Shown piece by piece: positions 1 to 13,159 of a stretch of 64,000 nucleotides of DNA. The stretch is from Paraphysomonas bandaiensis (taxonomy: Eukaryota > Protista > Chrysophyceae). Numbering within the stretch: position 1 is the stretch's first letter; each line of letters opens with the position of its first letter. The position numbers were made by a program, and so were the translations under genes. The notes below the pieces were generated by a model, which searched no databases, was not told where the DNA came from, and worked only from the letters and a program-made list of their open reading frames with translations. The stretch lies in assembly GCA_965644295.1 (NCBI GenBank), contig CBFFRP010000141.1, positions 248,001-312,000 of the forward strand, written 5' to 3'.

Positions 1-3000
1 TTGCTTTCCGCCTCCAGAACCTCTAGCAAAGACTGTGTCAAAGGAAGCGAGGAGTTTACACAGGAGTCTCCTTCCTCTAACCGAAGTGATATTTATAGTG
101 ACTCCATAGTCGATGGAGGGTATAGTCGAGATTATTGTCAACCGCCCACAACATCTCATCCCCACTCGTGGGTCGAATATACATCGGAGGAGGGGTGGCC
201 CTACTATTACAACGAATTTACTGGTGAGTCTACGTGGACAAAACCGGCAGAGTTGAAGGCGAGTGATGATGAGGATATCGCTGCAGAGCATGAAGTGGAA
301 GACATCAACGAAGCTGCGAATGAGCAGTTAGAAGAAAGTGACGTTCCCGAGGGGTATATTGAGTCTTCGCAGTCAGGACCCCGAGATGTGCAAACCGTAA
401 ATTTCAACATTTACGACGACTCTAGTCGTTTATCTCCGTGTAGTAGTAGTGTAGACTCTGATAAGAGTATCAGTACTCATTCTGTACTCAGTGGTGCAAT
501 GTCGAGTTCTCTGGTGGAGCAGCGGAATAGAAGTGGCCAAAGTGTGCTCCACATATCTGCGGAAGCGGGGAATGATGAGGCCCTGCAGTTGCTGGTGAGA
601 GTTATTTCTTTTTCTTGCGGAGTGACATTGATTACTCCTTACCACATTATATAACTTTAATGTGTTACTTGGCTGTGTACATTGTTCCTCGGTGACAACT
701 AGCACTTTTATCCGTGATAACAATATATCGTTGCTTTATATAACTTTATGTTTTTAGCTGTCGAACGGTGCTGATGCGAATACATTGGATGGACACGGTG
801 CGTCTCCTTTGCAATTAGTCTGCCAACGAAAACCATCTCAGTCTCAAACAGAATGCATTCGACACCTTGTCAACCACGGGGCAGACGTAAATATTCGAGA
901 TAATAATGGAAATACGCCAATGCACATGCTACTTCTGTGGGGAATAGGGACGTCTTTGTTGTCGGGAGACACTTCTTCTGGTCCAATTAGTGAAATGACT
1001 AAACAAGAAGTGAGCGTCGTGAGAAATATGCAAATGAAGTCAGTTGAAGTTCTTATCGGCAGTGGACGCGTGGATACTACACTGTCTAATAATGATGGTG
1101 ATCAACCTCTCCATGTTGCCACGAAACTTGGGCTACTAGGATGCATGCAGTTACTTCTCAAGCCTCTATATATTGCCAATGATCACACCAATTCTAAAAA
1201 TAGTCAGCAATATGAGCGCTCAAGCAGTACCGAGAAATCTGGAAAGCGAGGGAATGTTGACGATGTATCGGCCGCAAGTGCTTGTGGTCGGCGCAGGAAA
1301 TACAGTAGTGGCAGCAACCGGTCTGGGGAAGGTAGGTATGAAGATATTAGCAAAGTGGTCAGTAGGGCTGGCAGCAATTCATCGCATGTTCCACCTATGC
1401 AGTCGGGCCAGGCGGTTCACTATTACTCCTCCAGTGATAACAGCAGTACACGAAAAGTATCCTATAGAAGCAAAGATAAATCTCCTGGGAAAAACCGCCA
1501 CTTAAGTCTTCGTAAGGAGAACCGCAACATGCAGATGGCGCCCCCCCCAACTCGTCCTGGCGAAAAGCGAGAGCTGGATCGACTGCCAAGTATTGAAATC
1601 GAGATTCCACAGTCACTGGATGATGTGCGTGGCTCCTCGGATGATGATGGAGAGTACTCCATCGCTCTTAGCAACGATGAAAGTCACAAAGAGACCCCCG
1701 TCATCATGCCGTTAGATGGACGAGGAAGTGGAAGCTATGGTAGGGTTGGTACGAATAGCACGGACATGACGGATGATCGAGAAGAAATACCATTGGATGT
1801 ATACATTCATCTTGGGGAGATGAGAGATGGATGGGTGGAGTATTGTACTGAAGAAGGTGATAAATACTACTACAATAATGAAACGGATCATGTTCAATGG
1901 AAACACCCATTTCAACACGAAATAGAGAGGAAAGCGCGCTGCAAACCGCCACAAGTTACTCTATCTGATAATGTTGATATTAACTCTGAAAGTGACACCG
2001 GCTCTCTCGCGGAAGAAGTACCGACAGATTCCTGTACCAGTGGAAAAGATGTTGCATCAGCGAACCAGCCGAAAGAATCGATGCATTCTGTTTTCTCCAA
2101 TGCTAATTCTGCTGCCATAGAAGATGAAGGAATCAAAAAGAAACTCCGTGAAAAGTACAAGGAGTATTCATCTTCTAGAGGAGATTTGACAGTCCATAAA
2201 ACCAGCACCCATCGAGGTATGCAAACTAGCAGCATTGAAGTTGCTCTTGGCGGCGTAGAAACAATCCACAGGTCAAACACGGGATCGATGAGAACTATGA
2301 CTGTGAGTACAGCTAGCAATGATATGTCGAATAGCAAGAAACCCGCAACGACAACAGCATCATCCTATTATCAATACAACTCATGCTCCCGTGCAAGTGG
2401 TGCAACAACTACGACCGGTTCCAACACGAATTACACGGGGAGTGCTAGTGCGAACAGCGAAGCGGCCACTCCTGTCGCGAGGGTGTCACAAAACTTTGCA
2501 GAACAAAAAAAAACTGAGTTGCTGCCAGAAGGTTTGACCGATCATACACGTACAACACAACCTATTGAGCAAGGAAAACAGCAGTTTGAGACCCCTACCA
2601 AGCCACGTCGATCCAGTTTCAATCGTGTTCCAAGTGTTTCTTCCTTGTCCGGAGAGTCTGAGGCGTCGAGAGAGAGACACCTGGAGGTGTGGGGAAGATT
2701 TTTTGAAAACGCACTTCTCGCCGGTTCTGATTCAAATAGAAAGGGTCGCCATGAGAATGGGGTTTCTGTTGGAGGATTTACTCCAGTGTTTGCCCGCAAC
2801 AAGAAAAAATTAGCTGACAGCTGGAATATCCCGCCATCTACGTCGGAATACGAAAGTTTGGTGGCGAATGCATTATCTTTAAAGGCGAAACAGAGCATTG
2901 ATACAGAAAGGGATGGTAATGTAGCAGTCTCCGCCTCAGATGTAGCGAGTGCTGGAAATTGGGCCGTGCTTGCAGCTGCGATGAGAGGAGATGTAGATAC

Positions 3001-4905
3001 CGCTGAGGATCTCCTTTTGAATGGTTTCAATCCATCTTGTGTGGATGAACAAATTCGATCCCCGCTACATCATGTCTGTCGATCGGGTGATGTGAAAATG
3101 GTTGCGTTATTGAGTGATTATGGAGCTGATATTGATGCCACTGATTTCTGCGGTCAAACTCCTCTACATGTTGCAGTGGAGTATAACAGGGTGGATGTAG
3201 TGACAATGCTGCTTCAATGTGCCGCGTCCCCGAATATAAAAGATAACATGGGAAATACTCCTATGCATATTGTCGCGTCAAATGGAAATATAGAGTGCTG
3301 CAAAATTTTACTGGAATATGGCGCTGAGGTGGATGGCATTAACACATCTGGGAGGACGCCTCTCGACGTTGCGAATAACACTCTCAAGTCTCACCAGGGT
3401 TCCCGTCCACCTCTTGGTGTAAGAAAGATAATATCCCTTTTAGCTGCTTTTAGCCATGCACATAATGGCACCACAATGAATGAGCGACTCTCCCATCAAT
3501 TGATTGTAGATGCAAATGTAGATGAAGAATATTCACTTCCTTCAGAAAGTCCCAGTGTTCCTGAAGATGGGTCGTATGGCATAAGCGATGACAGCAGCAG
3601 TGTAGATCGCGGCATTCGGCTACACGACGGACGGCGCTTGAAACCACCGAAGTCGAATGATGGTGCTTCAGCTGCGGCAAAAGTACGCAATTTGAAGGAC
3701 AGAGCACGTCGCAGTCGCGCAGACTCTTCAAGTAGTGTAAACTCTCAGGGTCGGCACCAAGGGAATTCTCATAGACATAGAGAACAGAGTCGTGCTTTGC
3801 CGTATGCGGAGTCTCGTTGTGGCGGTTACTTGGATCGTAAGTTCCACGATGCGAAGAAAAATGAATGGGTTGAACGGAGTCGGTTGTCACAGTCCTTTGG
3901 GGTACGCGGTGAAAGTTTGATAGAATCCAGTGGCGATATACCGTATGACAGTCATGAGCATGAGCTTCATCCAACGACTGATATGTATTCCCAAAGTCCT
4001 TTGCGCTTCCCTCATTCCCATACAAGTCCTTCCGCCCTACTGAGTGCGAATCACCCGGCAGCATCGCTCAGCATATCCACCGATGTGATTGATGGAGATC
4101 CCACTGCTGACGAAAACGGCAGTTGTGAGGACAACAGCGACTCCCAGCCCTCCTCTGCAAGTGGAGTTGGGCATATTGTGTGGGGAGCAGCATCGCTGAT
4201 CGGTGCTACTCTTGGCTTATTCGGTACTTCGCATAGCAAGACGGAGAAAGAGAATCCGAAGGCAGACGATGATCTATGGACCAGACAAGTACGTATGAAA
4301 TATTGGTATAATTCCATGGCGTGGTTTATTGTCACATGATATGGGTTGGTTGGTATTGTGTTTTGCAGTGCATGGTTAACTGGATTCTGTATGTGGCAAC
4401 GTAACGTGAGAATTGATATTTTTGCCTTGCGTTTATGTTTGTGTTTGTACAGGCTCCTCCAACAGATGCGGAGTTACTACGGCGAGGGATGGGCTTCCAG
4501 TTTGATGCAGATACAGTACCACAGTCTCCACGTCCACCGGCAATAGTCCTTGATGACATCAAGGCCCATACCGCAGCCTACAGGAGTGGAAATACTCCCC
4601 ACCGTGGAGAACACCGTTTGCCGGCCCCTGACGAAGTAGTTGTTGCTGTAGAAATGGCCCGTGCGGCGGAACGTCTGCGCCGTACGCCGAAGTCAAGTCG
4701 AAATGAAATCACTTCTAGAAGAGCAGCGTCAATTCCTACCGGTATTCCTGAAGGGCGAATACCGGGTGCATTGCACTTGCCATTGGATGAACCAAGCGGT
4801 GGTGTAGATAACAGGAGACATAATCAGTATTCCATGGGCCCGTCTCTTCCCACAGGAGTGAGTTGGAGATATGTTGATGTTCTAAACGATAAGGGGGCGG
4901 GTTAG
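1..4905 (+). CDS. WW-domain and ankyrin-repeat protein (5'-partial, at least 3 exons)
   Basis: Two WW domains (WVEYTSEEGWPYYYNEFTGESTWTKP; WVEYCTEEGDKYYYNNETDHVQWKHP) and two ankyrin blocks (GQSVLHISA, GNTPMH, GDQPLH; RSPLHH, GQTPLHVA, GNTPMHIVA). GT-AG introns at 595-757 and 4289-4452 join the ORFs in frame; stop TAG at 4903-4905. Confidence 0.85.
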
Positions 4906-5329
4906 GCATGGCACTATTACGGTCTACTGCATGTTGGTCGCCAGTATAATATTTGTATATTTTTCTCAATGCTTTTGTTTTGGATGTGTAGTAGATTAGT
5001 TTAACATATGTACTTAAAACATTGAGTCATATTTTTCGGAGAAGTATTTTGATGCTGAATGTATTCTCTACCCTTACATATTATAGATTCATTTCTCAAA
5101 GAGCATGATGAGTTCTTCAGGGTGGTTGGTATAATAGGTAAAATAAACTCATATATGATAGAGAATCGAATTCAGTGACTGTGTAAAGTACTGTGGTGCA
5201 GTGAGACTGTATAAAAACGGCTAATGACATGTGCTACGCTCAATTCCAATTGTGAATATTATTCGAATTGATCTCGTAACTTTATTTCAAAAAAAAACTT
5301 GAATTTCTTTCATAAATTTTCATATAGAC

Positions 5330-6503
5330 ATTCTCGAAAAGAAACAACTATCTCAAGAAAATCAAGAATTTGTCCAAAATTTTCCTTACAAGGAGCTCAT
5401 AGGTTCACTTATGTATATTGCTGTGTGCACTAGACCTGATATTGCATATGCTGTAAACACCCTTGCTCGTTTCAGTACTAATCCAAATCTAACTACATGC
5501 AAAGCCGCATTAAACATACTTAGGTACCTCAAAGGCACTATCGATCAAGGTCTACAGTACTCCGGGAAGTCTGTTACTTTAACTGGATTCGCTGACAGTG
5601 ATTGGGCACGCTGTAACTTAACTCGCAGGTCGACCACAGCGTTTTGCTTCTTTATTGGAAATTGTCTCATTTCCTGGCAATCACGACTCCAGACCACTGT
5701 AGCTCTATCCTCTACAGAAGCGGAGTACATGGCACTATCAACAGCATGTCAAGAAGCTATTTGGCTACGGTCACTACTCTCGGAATTGGGCTTCCACATG
5801 CCATACTCAACAACCATATGGTGTGACAACAAAGGTGCAATTCAACTATGCCTAAACCCCGTACACCACCGACGAACAAAACATATTGCCATCAGATATC
5901 ACTTCATAAGAGAACAAGTCGCATCGCACTCTATTATTGTTGATTACATGCCTACAAACGAGATGCTGGCCGACATTCTAACTAAACCCCTCACATCAAA
6001 CACGTTCCACAGATTGCGGGATTCACTAATGGGGGGGGGAGGTATCAACATACCTGCTAGCAATAAAAGAACAAAAGTACCTATCCCACCGGCAGAGAAC
6101 TCAACCAAGAGACCACGATGGATGACTTAGAGATCTACGGAGTTTCCCACGAGTATGCTGTATGTTGACATCAGTGTAATCCACAATCTGTGATTGCACT
6201 CGTGGGTTTTACCCTCAGTAGAACTATCTCCAAATATATACACCTATATCCGTATATCTATGTATACGTCATATGATTATTTCATTGAGGGGGAGTATTA
6301 GGAGTCATTGATTCACGTATATCTCTTAACGCGTGAATACAACACACATATACAATGAAATACCAAATAGACTGAATAATTACCAAACTATACATGATAC
6401 GCGACTGTACAAGATACGCACATGTATGTGGTGCTAACGCTCTGCTCAAACATGTCTTGCTATTATACTATTAGGCCTTATCGTTCAATCTTTATCTCTA
6501 ATA
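5330..6503 (+). mobile_element. 5'-truncated Ty1/copia LTR retrotransposon (RT C-terminus, RNase H, PPT, 3' LTR)
   Basis: FPYKELIGSLMYIAVCTRPDIAYAV (RT end), then copia RNase H motifs FADSDWA, RRSTT, SSTEAEY, WCDNKGA, RTKHIAIRYHFIRE, LADILTKPL. ORF is open to 6130; polypurine tract GAGGGGGAG at 6287-6295. Confidence 0.92.
6296..6503 (+). repeat. Putative 3' LTR (208 bp) with TATTAG...CTAATA terminal inverted repeat
   Basis: Begins immediately after the PPT with TATTAG; the exact reverse complement CTAATA is at 6498-6503. No second LTR in the window to confirm the boundary. Confidence 0.6.
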
Positions 6504-6702
6504 ATTTCAAGTATATTCTTACTAAATATTAAGACTAACCTTAAATCTTATTTATATTGTCTAAGCAATATATTATATATTAGGCAACTGATCACATCTG
6601 GGAAAGCGAATATAGTACTTCAATAGCGCATCACTTGTCAGAATTGTGTCGATACTATTATTACATAATGAATACTGCTAACTAGTAATTAATGAAACGT
6701 CT

Positions 6703-8004
6703 TTAGCCCAGCGATTGCACACTTGCATTAGTGCCTAGTCCGGCATAAGTAGAACCATTAAATCCACCAAATGTCACCAGGCGAGAAGCGCCATTATGAT
6801 TAAGCACATTCACTGTCCTTCCTCTAAAGGCCATGGGAGAGTGATTTTCTACTGCTGAGTCATGCACCTCGACTTCAGTGGCCTTCGCAGAGTGAATATT
6901 AACAACCCACGCATCCCCAAGATATCCCTCAGAAACACCTAACAAATCTTCGTCATCCGATTCCATGGTTTCGGTATGCATTTGCTCTTCACTACACGGA
7001 GTAGGTTCAACCGTTGCAGCTATAGACTTCGCCGGCAGCTGCGTCGGTTCATCAGAGTGAATAGATGACTCAGCCTCAACAAGGGCAACGTTCACATCTT
7101 CCATGTTCAGTGGAGTGGCACAGGATGATGTTAAATTTCCCCCCTCAACTAATTCTTCTTCATTAACCTCCTTGCGGTCATCTTGACTGTCATCAGAATC
7201 TTCCTCTTCAAGCAGCCCATATCCACCAAGAATAAGCACGTCCCCTTCCACCCCTACCAGGCCGCTCACATCAACCATACCAGGGAGATCCCTCGGGGAA
7301 GGTGCAATAGATTCGTACGAAACCATCTGCCAATGCCTGTCGGCATCACTACTGCCCGAAGTATTAAGAAGCCAGAGGTCGTTCAAGTATGCCGGCGAGG
7401 CATCCTCGTCGTTGGAACGAGTAACGCCACCAAATACAACCACAAAGGGGGCACAATAGATAGCACTATGTGATGACCTCGGACAAGGAGAGGCATCAGG
7501 TGGAGTACTTATTTGCTCAAACGAATTATGCACTGCGTCGTACAGCCAGCAATCCCCGAGTAAGTTCATACACTCACCACCGTGAACAATCATTCTATTC
7601 CCTGGTATCGACACGGCAACATGATTGTAGCGTTCTGATATCGGACACTCTTCCCACAAACGTTGCCACGCTAATCTTTCAATATCAAACTTCCAAATAT
7701 CATTCAATATAAGAACTTCATCACATCGCTGCTGAATACCCCCAAATATATACAAACCATCCAGCATGCATCCTGCAGACATCATTCGAGGAAGTGGACT
7801 TTCACTCTTTCCTGTTGATAACATTTTCCATCCCCCTTCAAATGTATACTTCCACATATCTTGTAGAGGTCCTCTATCAGAGTATCCGCCTAGTACTATC
7901 ATTCCACTGCCGTCCTCGAGCCTTTCCATGATATGGCCAGCTCGAGGCACTGGTGTTTGTTGCTTCTTGCCACTGGCTTTGCTTCGTGAACTCCTCTTTT
8001 TCAT
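6703..8004 (-). CDS. Kelch-repeat (beta-propeller) protein with acidic insertion
   Basis: Repeated PxPRxxH...GG...ND(L/I)W motifs (PVPRAGH..LGG, PLPRMMS..FGG, ISERYNH..HGG, PCPRSSHS..FGG) in a single 433-aa ORF. Confidence 0.85.
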   Translation of the reverse strand: MKKRSSRSKASGKKQQTPVPRAGHIMERLEDGSGMIVLGGYSDRGPLQDMWKYTFEGGWKMLSTGKSESPLPRMMSAGCMLDGLYIFGGIQQRCDEVLILNDIWKFDIERLAWQRLWEECPISERYNHVAVSIPGNRMIVHGGECMNLLGDCWLYDAVHNSFEQISTPPDASPCPRSSHSAIYCAPFVVVFGGVTRSNDEDASPAYLNDLWLLNTSGSSDADRHWQMVSYESIAPSPRDLPGMVDVSGLVGVEGDVLILGGYGLLEEEDSDDSQDDRKEVNEEELVEGGNLTSSCATPLNMEDVNVALVEAESSIHSDEPTQLPAKSIAATVEPTPCSEEQMHTETMESDDEDLLGVSEGYLGDAWVVNIHSAKATEVEVHDSAVENHSPMAFRGRTVNVLNHNGASRLVTFGGFNGSTYAGLGTNASVQSLG

Positions 8005-8111
8005 TATAATGGAGTGTGATTACTACTGGCTATGCAAGAAGGAATGAAATGCTACGGCGTTTGTTTGAGGAGGACAGATTCCACTAACCATCCGAACCAC
8101 AATACTGATGC

Positions 8112-8294
8112 GTATGTATGTATGTATGTATGTATGTATGTATGTATGTATGTATGTATGTATGTATGTATGTATGTATGTATGTATGTATGTATGTATG
8201 TATGTATGTATGTATGTATGTATGTATGTATGTATGTATGTATGTATGTATGTATGTATGTATGTATGTATGTATGTATGTATGTATGTATGTA
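8112..8294. repeat. (TATG)n microsatellite, about 45 units
   Basis: Perfect tetranucleotide tandem repeat between the divergent Kelch and sulfatase starts. Confidence 0.98.
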
Positions 8295-8417
8295 CTGTAT
8301 ATGCCTATACTATAGCAGTATACACATATGGAAGGAGAGGTGGAGTTCAAGTAGGCCTCATATTCTCTTGTAGAGGTTCTCACAATGGAGATATTTGCAC
8401 CACATATACACTCCCCA

Positions 8418-10061
8418 ATGCACAAATTACATCATCTCTCCTTGTTCTTACTCTACATTTTATGGGCAATATCACATGCTCAATCCCCCCCTAACATCAT
8501 CGTATTCATAGTAGATGATATGGGATGGACAGATAGTGCCATATACGGCAGTACATACTATCATACCCCTCATATAGATGCATTAGCTCGACGCGGTATG
8601 CTCTTTACAGATGCATATGTCCCAAACCCCTCTTGCTCTCCCTCTAGAGCCAGTATGCTTACTGGAAAATACCCATCAAGGTTTCGTATAACCCAACCTG
8701 ATTGTCATCTTCCTCCTCGAGATCACTCCGCTTCTTTATACGAACAAACTCCGAAAACACACTTGCCGTATATGTTGCCAGAGAGTCGGCGTTTTCTGGA
8801 TCCTAGACAATCTACTGTTCCTCGAGTCTTACGGAGTGTGGGGTATACCACAGCACATTTCGGAAAGTGGTAGGTAGATAACTACACAGTCCCATCTATG
8901 TTTACATCTCTCATCAGGCATCTGGGTGTATCACCTGAACATTGGCCAGAGCACTATGGGTTTGACTATACCTGGCATGGCACGCCTGATAGTGGTCCTC
9001 CGCTACCTCACGGCTACTTTTCTCCGTACAGCTTTCGCAATGGCAGCATACAATCGCTAAGTATTGGAGAGTATATAGTCGATGATATGACAACTCGAAC
9101 TGTGGATTTTATCAAAAAAAACTATCAGAAGAAGTTCTTTATATCAGTATCTCACTATGGTGTGCATGCGCCTTGGCAGGCTCCGGATCCACTCATCAGA
9201 GAGTTTGTTGGCCTGAAAGACCCATCTGGTGTACACACGAACCCCATCATGGCGGCCATGTTGAAGAGTATTGATAATAGTCTCGGACAATTAGTTAAAA
9301 TACTCACTGAGCTTGATATTTTGGATAACACTTTAATATGGTTCACCAGCGACAACGGAGGGTGTGTCAGCACTAATTCTGGCATGCACCGTCTAATTCG
9401 GAACCACACGTTCACCGCTATTCCCTCATGGATATCCACTTATGAGGCATTTGCAGGAACATTTCCTCCCACGAGTAATTCTCCGTTGCGGGCGGGCAAA
9501 GGTTCGATTTACGAAGGTGGGGTGCGTGTGCCGTTAATCGCTTTCTGGCCCAATCGGATTTCTCCGGGAACAGTGTCTCATGCTATAGTGTCAAACATTG
9601 ATTTGTACCCGACACTTTTGGATATAGTTGGTTTGGGGGATCGGGTTCAGAGGCTAGAGAACCCGATTCAATTTAAGCAGGCCCGAATTGACCACCTCTG
9701 GACTGACGGGGTGAGTCTTCTCCCCGTACTTACTGGGAAATCGAAAGACCCCGATAGACATGGGGTATTTTTGTTTTATCCCCATGGACCGGTTATACAA
9801 TCTGGTGTCGCTGTGCGACATGGTAAATGGAAATTAATCAAAAGATTTGCTGTGGGTGCCAATATGACTTCAGAATTTGAGCTCTATAATCTTGCTGAAG
9901 ATATTGGTGAGTCCTCCAACTTGGCTGACAATCAGAAAAATATCGTATCAAACTTAGATAAAATGATCAAAGACTTTTTGAAAAACACACATTCACTTAT
10001 TCCACGCCCCAACCCATATTATAATCACACAGAGGCAGTCATGAAGGGCCTTGCTAAATAG
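8418..10061 (+). CDS. Secreted formylglycine-dependent (S1 family) sulfatase, 2 exons
   Basis: Signal-peptide-like N-terminus (MHKLHHLSLFLLYILWAISHAQ; an upstream ATG at 8385 is also in frame), PNIIVFIVDDMG, CSPSRASMLTG signature, FTSDNGG, GKGSIYEGGVRVP, ELYNLAEDIGE. The 48-nt intron at 8870-8917 restores GKWHLG. Confidence 0.93.
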
Positions 10062-11177
10062 TCGTTTACGTGATATCTTATTTGGTAGGTGTGCATTACT
10101 TTGTTTTTGTATCTGCAATCATGTAGAATCTTGGAGTGATTAATGTCACACCTATCATTCGAATTTTTAGTCGAATATAGTGAAATAGAAATTTTCGATG
10201 TTTTATACTTAGTTCTTGTATGCTTTAAAATTATCTGTCACACTGTGAGTAAGGTAAATTACTTTACCTTGCATATGTTGTGGTAATAAAGTTCCCATCT
10301 ACTCAGATTGAGCTGCACGTGTTGTACAGCCTTCGTATTTCAGTTAATCAATGACTACATGTTGACTAGGTATTTAGGTATTCTTCTATTAAGAGGTATT
10401 AGGTACAGGGTACAGCCAGCAGGAGCTTATTCTAAACTGGAATGAATACTATTTTTTTAATGAAATAGAAATGTCACAGATATATCCCTTGTATTACATT
10501 GTCATCTGGTTACACTATGAATTCTGCTCGATGTGTTAGCACTAGATGGTGTGTTCAGTGTTCAGGTCACACGCTCTTCATTCTTCATTTAGAATTAGGT
10601 TAGCGCCGAGTAAGATTAGATATTTTGGCTCTACTGCACAAATTGGTTGTCGACAGTTCCAAGTGTTGAAATAGCACTCCATGTATATATTGTTTCACCA
10701 CAGCAGCAATATAGACCAATAGACGATAGAAGATAGGCACCACTTGTTATTGATAACTTTGTTTAACCGTTAGTAGTTAGTAAACATTGCGTTCCACGGG
10801 AGTGCAAAGTAAGCTGACACTATTCAGTAGTAAGTAAGTATATAAGTAATGCAATGATTCAACAGTGAGTGACGCTAATGTTTGTCAAGTTCATTCTGAA
10901 GTAGTAGAAAAGTAGGTAACAAGTACTCAATGCTTTACGGTGCATTGTGCATTGTAACCTATATATCTTATATCTACTGCGGTGTCCAATAATAATAAGC
11001 TACTATACTAGTGCCCTTGCCAGCCACTTTGTATGCTCATACCTCAAAACATTATGAGTTGCACTATCTTGATCGGCAGCGATGACACCGTAACACAACA
11101 TGCTACACAAAGAAGAGCAATCAAACAGGATATGAGTCACGAACTATTCGTTAATTAGAGCAAGTATTTTGTGCAAT

Positions 11178-11709
11178 TTACAGGATTGAGCCTGCGTTGG
11201 ATGAGATACGGGGCCACATATCAGCGCATTCCTTAGAGCAAGGGCCAGCGACGGCAGAGCCCTTCATTTCACCCTTGTTGTTAACAATGACGCCAGCATT
11301 GTCCTCGAAGTAGATATAAGCACCCTCCTTTCTTCTCCAGGTCTTTCTCTGGCGAACGACAACAACAGGGTGAACCTTCTTTCTCAGCTCAGGCTTTCCC
11401 TTCTTGCAGGCACCCATGACAAGATCACCCACAGTGGCAGCGGGAAGTCTGTTCTGACGACCCTTAACACCACACACAGCAATAATCATAAGAGATTTAG
11501 CTCCAGTGTTGTCCGCGCAATTGAGCACAGCTCCAACAGGAAGACCTAATTGAATTCATTATAACGATTATCATCCAAACACTAACCACTGACCTAAAGT
11601 CATCCTAAACTTAGTTCCCTGTGCACCTCCACGTCCTACAACCTCATCTCATTACACCACAATACATAAAAAATAAACAATATGATCAATCACCTCTAGC
11701 ACTTCCCAT
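11178..11709 (-). CDS. RPL23: 60S ribosomal protein L23 (uL14), 3 exons
   Basis: Spliced sequence [36 protein letters not shown]...[11 protein letters not shown]...[20 protein letters not shown]; two short GT-AG introns near 11547-11594 and 11637-11693. Confidence 0.97.
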
Positions 11710-13159
11710 TTTTGCTCTTTAATATAACGAATTGAATTAAACTCGTCTAATATGACTGTCAGCCTGTGCTTGTATATAGCACACCTTTAATTTCTCATCT
11801 CATTTTTATTCACTCCACAAACCTCCCTATTCATCTATCGTATCTTCAATAGACACAATAAAAACTGAATTTATCAAAGATGAAATGGATTTTTTAGTGG
11901 TTTATGTTGTACATACTGTATATTAGGCTTTTTCAAGAAAATGCCTTTATTTAGTACCAGAAAATAGGGGGGTTTAGTGTTGGAAATGGACTTACGGCAG
12001 TGTACTGTACATACACATGGACAGTGCTGTACATTGGCAGCAAGATACGAGAATAAGCAACGCCATGATGTCGCTATTAGAAGAGATGGCAATAGAAGCA
12101 AAGAACTATAAAACAAATGATGTTGGCTGATCAGTTCATGTACATGGATATATATTACTATCCGATAGGCTGCTGCTGTGATTATGAATATGAATATCGT
12201 CTACACAACGAATATGTTTACATTTCTCATTAGTTACTATAGATAATCGTTTAGCATGGTTGAACAACGGATATTATAGATAGATAGTACTTGTTGCTAG
12301 ACTTATATAAGGTCTACTTTTAGTGGGCGCAGAGTATTTTCAGAATCATCGTAATACCAACAAGGAATCTACCTTTATTAGCACAGTGATTACTTGCAAC
12401 ATAAAACAAATATATTAATCTGGTTATAAATATTTCTAATCGATGTAATATTCATTTTATGAAAAATAATACTTCCCAATGTTTCAATATGGAGTGTGTT
12501 TTCGTCAAGATGGCAAGGGTTGAAGGAATATCCGAAATGATAATGCTGGAGAAAATATTAGAGAATAAACTCAGATGATGTAGTCGAAAGCGTTATCAGC
12601 CAAAGGATAACACATTAAAACTTTACATAATATACTAATACCCAAGAAATTTTGCATCATCTTACTGTTTTATAACAAACCCACTAAGAGTAAATACGTA
12701 TATCTCCTCGTGGGCATAACACTGCTTCAGAGGAGCAGTAGCTGCGATATAGATCGATCTTTAGAGCAGCCACGGCAGTCAACAACAGCACAACACACCA
12801 TATCGCTGCGGATATATCAATGATCGACAAAATATTGGTTGCATATCTTGTACAAATACAAGTGTCCAATACATTGCACATTGCATATTCTAACATTTCA
12901 ACTATAACATGATTTTCTTGTCGAAACTAACTTACTATTAATAATCAAACACAGTTGCCAGGTGATTACATACACATTCGGTCCCTGTGGCTATGGGTTT
13001 CTAAATAATAGACTCTCACCAGAAATCTCATAGAATGGCCGCCGAATGTTTCTTACAAAAATTGGGAAAACAAACTCTTATTTATAATAGTGGTGCAAAA
13101 ACAAATATAATGTACTAGATTCCTACAAACAGATTCATATGGAGTACAGTCTACACCAG

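Noticed and set aside
8032-8494. MYVC/IHTY-repeat ORFs (also at 31195-31910 and 36381-36831)
   Set aside because: Automatic consequence of a stop-free 4-nt microsatellite; no evidence that they are proteins.
11547-11693. snoRNAs in the RPL23 introns
   Set aside because: The introns are only about 48-57 nt, too short, and show no box C/D or H/ACA pair.
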